Origin: Candidatus Moraniibacteriota bacterium
GTDB lineage: Bacteria > Patescibacteriota > Minisyncoccia > Moranbacterales > UBA1568
Direction: 5' to 3'
Length of the DNA: 64,000 bases
Assembly (NCBI GenBank): GCA_028688415.1
Contig: JAQTYF010000001.1
Span: 336,627 to 400,626, forward strand
In this document: piece by piece, positions 59,526 through 64,000 of the stretch
Layout of the letters: the number at the start of each line of letters is the position of its first letter
How positions within the stretch are numbered: the first letter of the stretch is position 1
Made by a program: the position numbers and the translations under genes
Notes under the pieces: generated by a model
Database searches by the model: none
Seen by the model: only the letters and a program-made list of their open reading frames with translations
Told to the model about the DNA's origin: nothing

Positions 59526-60824
59526 CTATTCTTGAATAGGCAAATTAGTTGGAGCACCTCCACGCTTGGAGGAAACACGAGTCAGTGCTGGTGAAGTAAT
59601 AGACATATCTGGGATATGAAAGACCGTTGCCAACTCTTCACTGCTCAATAAAAAGCGAGTTGGTTGAGGATCGGTATCTCTCGTCGTGTATCGACGAAAT
59701 AAACGTCGTTGACGATACCTGAGTCGTTCATCTTTGAAAATATATGCGGAATACGTTTTCGTATCATCATTCGGTTTGAAACCATTCAAGTTTTGGTCGT
59801 TGAACTGTTTGATCGCTCCGATAAAAGCAGAGACACCAGTCGATTTGTCAAACACACTCCTTCTTGCCACATAGACATGACGCATACGAGTACGAAACAT
59901 TTGTTTTCCTATATTCGATTCCAAAGCTTTCAATCTTTCTTTTTCACCAGGGGTGAGACGAAATTCGACAGGAGATTCGTCTTTTGATACCTTCCCCTCG
60001 CTCGATGAGAATGAGAGTTCCTGTCCCATAATCCCCTTACCGAGATTCATCACAATATCCTTGAGATTGAGAATGAGTATTCCGAAAATACCACTTTTTT
60101 CTTCTACTTTTTTTCCGAGAAATGCATCGATAGTTCCCTGTAATTCTTTGGCAATTTTCGGAGAAAGAGGTGTGACAATGAATTGTAACCAGAGATGTTG
60201 TCCGGGACCGATTTTCGCCATTGATTCCACGAGACCTGCGAGAGGATCGATCATTTTCCCTGTCACTGTTTCTTCGAAGTATTTATACGTCTTGATTGGA
60301 TAGAGATCCTCTCCTGCCAAGAGAAAATCCGTCCCCCACAGATCCCATTCATTATTCGGTACGGTACCCGGGACATTGTAGATATAATCCTCCACTTCGA
60401 GAATCTCGACACCCGGATACTGGGCATAGAAATGTGCTTCGACAAGATTACGGAAATTTTTCGGTGAACGTACGTAGAAATGTACTTGCCCCTCAGTGCT
60501 CACTATCTCAAGTGAGAAAGACGTCGGGAATTGTCCTTTGATCCATTGTTCTGCTGTATTTGGAGATGTCTCTACGCCTGCCAATCCTGCATAAATAGAT
60601 TCCATCAAAAGCGGACTCTTTTCAGAATCACGTGGTGGAATGATTTCCAATAATACTTTTTCGATGCCTGAAGCATATTGACCCTCGACATGCTGAACCC
60701 AAAAAACTTTGAAAAGCCAAAAAAGCAGTGGCGGAAAAACAAGAAACCACACGTCCAATAACAGAGAAAAAGATCCAGCAAGTACTTCGAATGAATGTGC
60801 AAACTGTGAGAAAAGAGTGTTCAT
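59526..60824 (-). CDS. Conserved hypothetical protein, putative partner of the downstream ATPase
   Basis: N-terminal TM; FSLEI, AQYP..EI.EVEDY, YPIKTY, L..EELATVFH.P, APTNLP. Confidence 0.75.
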   Translation of the reverse strand: MNTLFSQFAHSFEVLAGSFSLLLDVWFLVFPPLLFWLFKVFWVQHVEGQYASGIEKVLLEIIPPRDSEKSPLLMESIYAGLAGVETSPNTAEQWIKGQFPTSFSLEIVSTEGQVHFYVRSPKNFRNLVEAHFYAQYPGVEILEVEDYIYNVPGTVPNNEWDLWGTDFLLAGEDLYPIKTYKYFEETVTGKMIDPLAGLVESMAKIGPGQHLWLQFIVTPLSPKIAKELQGTIDAFLGKKVEEKSGIFGILILNLKDIVMNLGKGIMGQELSFSSSEGKVSKDESPVEFRLTPGEKERLKALESNIGKQMFRTRMRHVYVARRSVFDKSTGVSAFIGAIKQFNDQNLNGFKPNDDTKTYSAYIFKDERLRYRQRRLFRRYTTRDTDPQPTRFLLSSEELATVFHIPDMSITSPALTRVSSKRGGAPTNLPIQE

Positions 60825-60975
60825 TTTTTTGAGGTTCGTTGACCCCGTTAGATATGGAACAAAAAGAATTCTTTATTTTTCGCGACGATAACACAACGCA
60901 CAAGGAGTTGTTTATTATTACTTTACTATTCTACCATGTTCTTGAAGAAGAGAAAAGTCTGAGGAAGATTGTAGT

Positions 60976-62061
60976 TTATTTCTTGATGCTGTAAAGATTT
61001 TTTCCAGCACGATGAAAATACGTATTCAAATTGATAACCACTGTTGATTTTTTGACTTGACGTATTTTGAATATCTGTGTCAACACCTCTTCGCGAGAAA
61101 GTGGTTTAGAAGCATTGCGGAGTATTTCTTCGAGTACCTCTTTGACCGTACCTTTTTTGTATCCCCATTCAGAGAGTGCGTATGTCCCTCGTCCAATCAA
61201 CACAAAGCGATCATCTTTGATCAGTTCGTTATGCACTGTCTGAGGATGACTCTGATTCTTTTTGTTACTACGAAGTCCGTAACTGTCGATCAGTGAAGCT
61301 ATTTCTCTGAAATGCAATGATTTACCTGTCATTTTCAATACGAGATAGGCTTTTTCTCGTGTACCACGAGGTTTGATATCACTCCATTCTGACAATCCCC
61401 ATTTACCGAAAACATTCTGTTCTATTTCTTTTGCTACAGCAAGAAAACTCATGAGTTCTTGTTTGCTCACTGCATTACCTCCTTCATTGAAACGATCATA
61501 AAGAGTATCGACATCCAAGACCTGCTCCGATGTTTCCAAAATACGTTTTGCCTTGTCTTTGACGAGTTTCCATTGAGGAAAGACGAAGTCGTTTGTCACA
61601 TAGACAGACTTTCGTTCACTGGTAGCTTTTTCTTTTTTGATTGAAGAGAGACACTCAATAAAAATGAGAAGAGCTCCTTGTTCTTTTTTATTCGAAGGAG
61701 CAAGTATATGAAGCAATGTCTCTGTCTGTATAATGCCTTTCTTCTCTTCCAAAACAGCAAAAATGCGATTCTTGACCTGTATAAACAAAGGGTTTTCCTG
61801 TTCTTGAGAGAGAAATCCGAGAGCACTAATAACAATCTGACGTACACGTTCTCGTGTTATTCTGTGCAATCGTCCTATCTCCTCCAATGTCTGTTGCTCT
61901 CCATCGAGAGACAATCCAAAACGTGCAGAAACAATAGTACGCGAACGAGCAGGCAACATTGACAACAACTGCTCTAAAAGAGAAGAAAAAACAACAAAAT
62001 CTTCTTTTTTCAAAGATTTCGAAGATGCCGTTTTCTGCACTTTCTTCTTCATTGATACCAT
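60976..62061 (-). CDS. Sigma70 region-4 HTH plus HARE-HTH (RNAP delta-like) protein
   Basis: TLEEIG...ITRERVRQI near the N-terminus; LHFREIA, QTVHNELI.D.RFVLIGRGTYALSEWG. Confidence 0.8.
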   Translation of the reverse strand: MVSMKKKVQKTASSKSLKKEDFVVFSSLLEQLLSMLPARSRTIVSARFGLSLDGEQQTLEEIGRLHRITRERVRQIVISALGFLSQEQENPLFIQVKNRIFAVLEEKKGIIQTETLLHILAPSNKKEQGALLIFIECLSSIKKEKATSERKSVYVTNDFVFPQWKLVKDKAKRILETSEQVLDVDTLYDRFNEGGNAVSKQELMSFLAVAKEIEQNVFGKWGLSEWSDIKPRGTREKAYLVLKMTGKSLHFREIASLIDSYGLRSNKKNQSHPQTVHNELIKDDRFVLIGRGTYALSEWGYKKGTVKEVLEEILRNASKPLSREEVLTQIFKIRQVKKSTVVINLNTYFHRAGKNLYSIKK

Positions 62062-62401
62062 ACAAGTATATTTTCACTTTATAATCAGCAGATAAACAAA
62101 GAATTTGATTTCTCGATATCGTTCGAGAAAATGTACTCTCCTCTTGAAATAGCCCCTCAGACGAATGAAATACATATTAACGCATATTCTTAGTTTTTGT
62201 CAACCCCTCTACAAGACCAGCTCTCTCTGGGTATTTTTTCTCTCATTTTTTCTTTATTTCATACTTTCAAAAAAAATAATTTCAGAAATGTGAAACGAGC
62301 GTCTTTTCAATATGTTGCATCTATTTCGATAATCGTCTATAATTATGGTGTTGATAAAAAATAAAAAACGACGAAAAAATTCCTCGTCGGAAAATAAAAA
62401 T

Positions 62402-63175
62402 ATGACTTCCAATACCGCTACTCAAATCGATCCTGAATCACGCAACAATGAGGAGCAGGCTATGAAAATTCAGGCCTTGCGTGATATGGTTTTGAGCGCT
62501 GAAAAAACTATTCAGGGCGCCAAGGCAATGCTCCTCCAATTGGAAGGGAAGAAAAAGACTGGTCGCCCAAAGAAAGCAGATCTTGATACAGCAGAAGGAA
62601 CGGTCGTAGAAGGAACATTCGATGGACAGATTATGATCGGCACAGATGGAAGACAATATCCTGTTCCTGCAAACTATGCTTCCAAGTCAAAACTCGTCGA
62701 AGGTGATATGCTCAAACTGACTATTACCAATAGTGGCGCATTTCTCTATAAACAAGTCGGACCTATCAATCGCAATCATGCTATCGCTGTCGTTACTCAA
62801 GATGAGAATGGTAATTATTACGTACTAGCGAACGGCAAACCCTATCGTGTCTTACTCGCTTCTATTACCTATTTCAAAACTGCTCCTGGAGATGAAGTGG
62901 CTATTGTCACACCTCAAGATCCTGGTGCCACATGGGCAGCTATAGAAAATGTGATTCAAAAAGGAGCTCGGGAAGATTGGCAGATTGCCCTCACCAAAGC
63001 TACCGAAGAAAACGAAACTATCAACAACTGGAAGAAAGATCTGAAAGACAAGACGCCTGAGGACACCTCATTTCTCAAGCAAAACAATGAACCAGCCGTA
63101 ACAAACACTCAGACGCTCGATGATTGGGTACGGGATATGGAAGAAATCGAAAAAGAAATCAAACAAGCTCAATAG
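62402..63175 (+). CDS. Conserved hypothetical protein
   Basis: VEGTFDGQ.M...YPVPANYASKSKLVEGD.LKLTI, YRVLLASITY; start placed at MTSNTA. Confidence 0.8.
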   Translation: MTSNTATQIDPESRNNEEQAMKIQALRDMVLSAEKTIQGAKAMLLQLEGKKKTGRPKKADLDTAEGTVVEGTFDGQIMIGTDGRQYPVPANYASKSKLVEGDMLKLTITNSGAFLYKQVGPINRNHAIAVVTQDENGNYYVLANGKPYRVLLASITYFKTAPGDEVAIVTPQDPGATWAAIENVIQKGAREDWQIALTKATEENETINNWKKDLKDKTPEDTSFLKQNNEPAVTNTQTLDDWVRDMEEIEKEIKQAQ

Positions 63176-63208
63176 AGATACTCTCCCTCGACTATTAAGA
63201 ACATTATA

Positions 63209-63667
63209 ATGCTACGAGACATCCTGAATGATCCGATTCGATTGAGGCGAATTATTAAACAATTTATCAAATTTGTCATTGTTGGCGGTATCAATACCGG
63301 TATCGATTTTTTGGTTTTGAATATTCTCATGCACTTCACCGGCATTGCATCTGGTCCAGAATTATTTTTGCTCAATAGCATTTCTTTCTCCGTTGCTGTT
63401 TTTAATAGTTATTTCATGAATAAGCATTGGACATTCCAAGACAAAACAAAAACAGAACAAGAACCTATCAAATTCTCAGCCTTTTTTATTATCAGTGTCA
63501 TTGGTCTCTTTCTCAACGGTCTGATACTGACGAGCGTCACTACTTTTATCCCTCCTTTCTTCGGTCTCAGCGCTGTACTCTGGACCAACATTGCCAAACT
63601 CTTTGCAACAGGTTTCTCTATGCTCTGGAACTTTGTCGGCTACAAACTCTTTGTGTTCAAAAAATAG
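63209..63667 (+). CDS. GtrA-family protein
   Basis: QFIKFVIVGGINT.ID, NSYFMNKHWTF, WNFVGYKLFVF. Confidence 0.92.
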   Translation: MLRDILNDPIRLRRIIKQFIKFVIVGGINTGIDFLVLNILMHFTGIASGPELFLLNSISFSVAVFNSYFMNKHWTFQDKTKTEQEPIKFSAFFIISVIGLFLNGLILTSVTTFIPPFFGLSAVLWTNIAKLFATGFSMLWNFVGYKLFVFKK

Positions 63668-63686
63668 TACATGGCTTTTTTGTTTG

Positions 63687-63830
63687 TAGCTTATTAGCTT
63701 GCGAAAAATAAACAGAAAGAAGCTCCTCAATGGGCTTTTTTCTTTTCTAAAAATCTAAAAAAGTGTACAATAACATTATTGTAATCGGAGTGCTTTAAGA
63801 AGCTACAAGCTAATAAGCTAATAAGCTAAA
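63687..63830. repeat. AAGCTA(AT) short repeats in inverted and tandem arrangement upstream of dnaX
   Basis: tagcttattagcttg (63687-63701) is the reverse complement of caagctaataagcta (63806-63820); four tandem AAGCTA units lie just before the ATG. Confidence 0.7.
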
Positions 63831-63833
63831 ACA

Positions 63834-64000
63834 ATGTCTACATCCACTACTCTTTATCGCAAATACCGTCCTCAGACATTCGCAGATGTCGTCGGACAAA
63901 AACATATTGTCACGACGCTTACCAACGCTCTTCAATTCGCACGCGTCGGCCAATCCTATCTCTTCACCGGACCACGTGGTACAGGAAAAACAACACTCGC
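63834..64000 (+). CDS. dnaX: DNA polymerase III gamma/tau (partial, runs off window end)
   Basis: Manual translation MSTSTTLYRKYRPQTFADVVGQKHIV...YLFTGPRGTGKTTL. Confidence 0.95.
   Translation, partial: MSTSTTLYRKYRPQTFADVVGQKHIVTTLTNALQFARVGQSYLFTGPRGTGKTTL

Noticed and set aside
702-63730. Numerous antisense and overlapping ORFs in the six-frame track (e.g. 702-1385, 11001-11666, 14181-14789, 16108-16752, 36426-37085, 42941-43573)
   Set aside because: Shadow frames of well-supported genes on the opposite strand, with no motifs of their own
63668-63833. SRP RNA (ffs) or tRNA upstream of dnaX
   Set aside because: No SRP domain IV motif or cloverleaf visible; the region is AT-rich repeats

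Overview
Bacterial chromosomal window in the standard genetic code. Gene content suggests a Patescibacteria/CPR (Parcubacteria-like) genome: archaeal-type UMP kinase, short ProRS, a sigma70-r4/HARE-HTH protein and a TrwB/VirD4-like ATPase pair. This taxonomy is an inference. About 0.5-10.3 kb is an accessory/defence island, visibly AT-rich from about 2.6 to 9.6 kb. It encodes DUF2130, a NYN RNase, DUF3800, a Shedu-like nuclease behind two standalone WYL-like proteins, an HpaII-family REase with a C5 MTase, and RadC. The rest is mostly housekeeping and envelope genes: rnpB, pheST, tyrS, secDF, PBP1A, a MacAB-like ABC exporter, rnhA, recJ, dnaJ with a CIRCE operator, glycosyltransferases, ispH, pyrH, proS, htrA and the start of dnaX. 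The strongest unexplained signals are five. (1) Two unrelated nuclease-fold genes (NYN, DUF3800) each face a convergent promoter-hairpin-U-tract mini transcription unit at their 3' end, a candidate nuclease/small-RNA module. (2) These genes sit between recurring TCAGAT...CTGAC / AAAAATGTACCTGRC junction motifs that enclose variable hairpins, like a cassette array. (3) A WYL-WYL-Shedu operon. (4) SecD carries an inserted, apparently permuted parvulin domain. (5) A Cys-rich surface protein carries a eukaryote-like TSP1 module. Family assignments come from motif recognition by eye, not from database searches.
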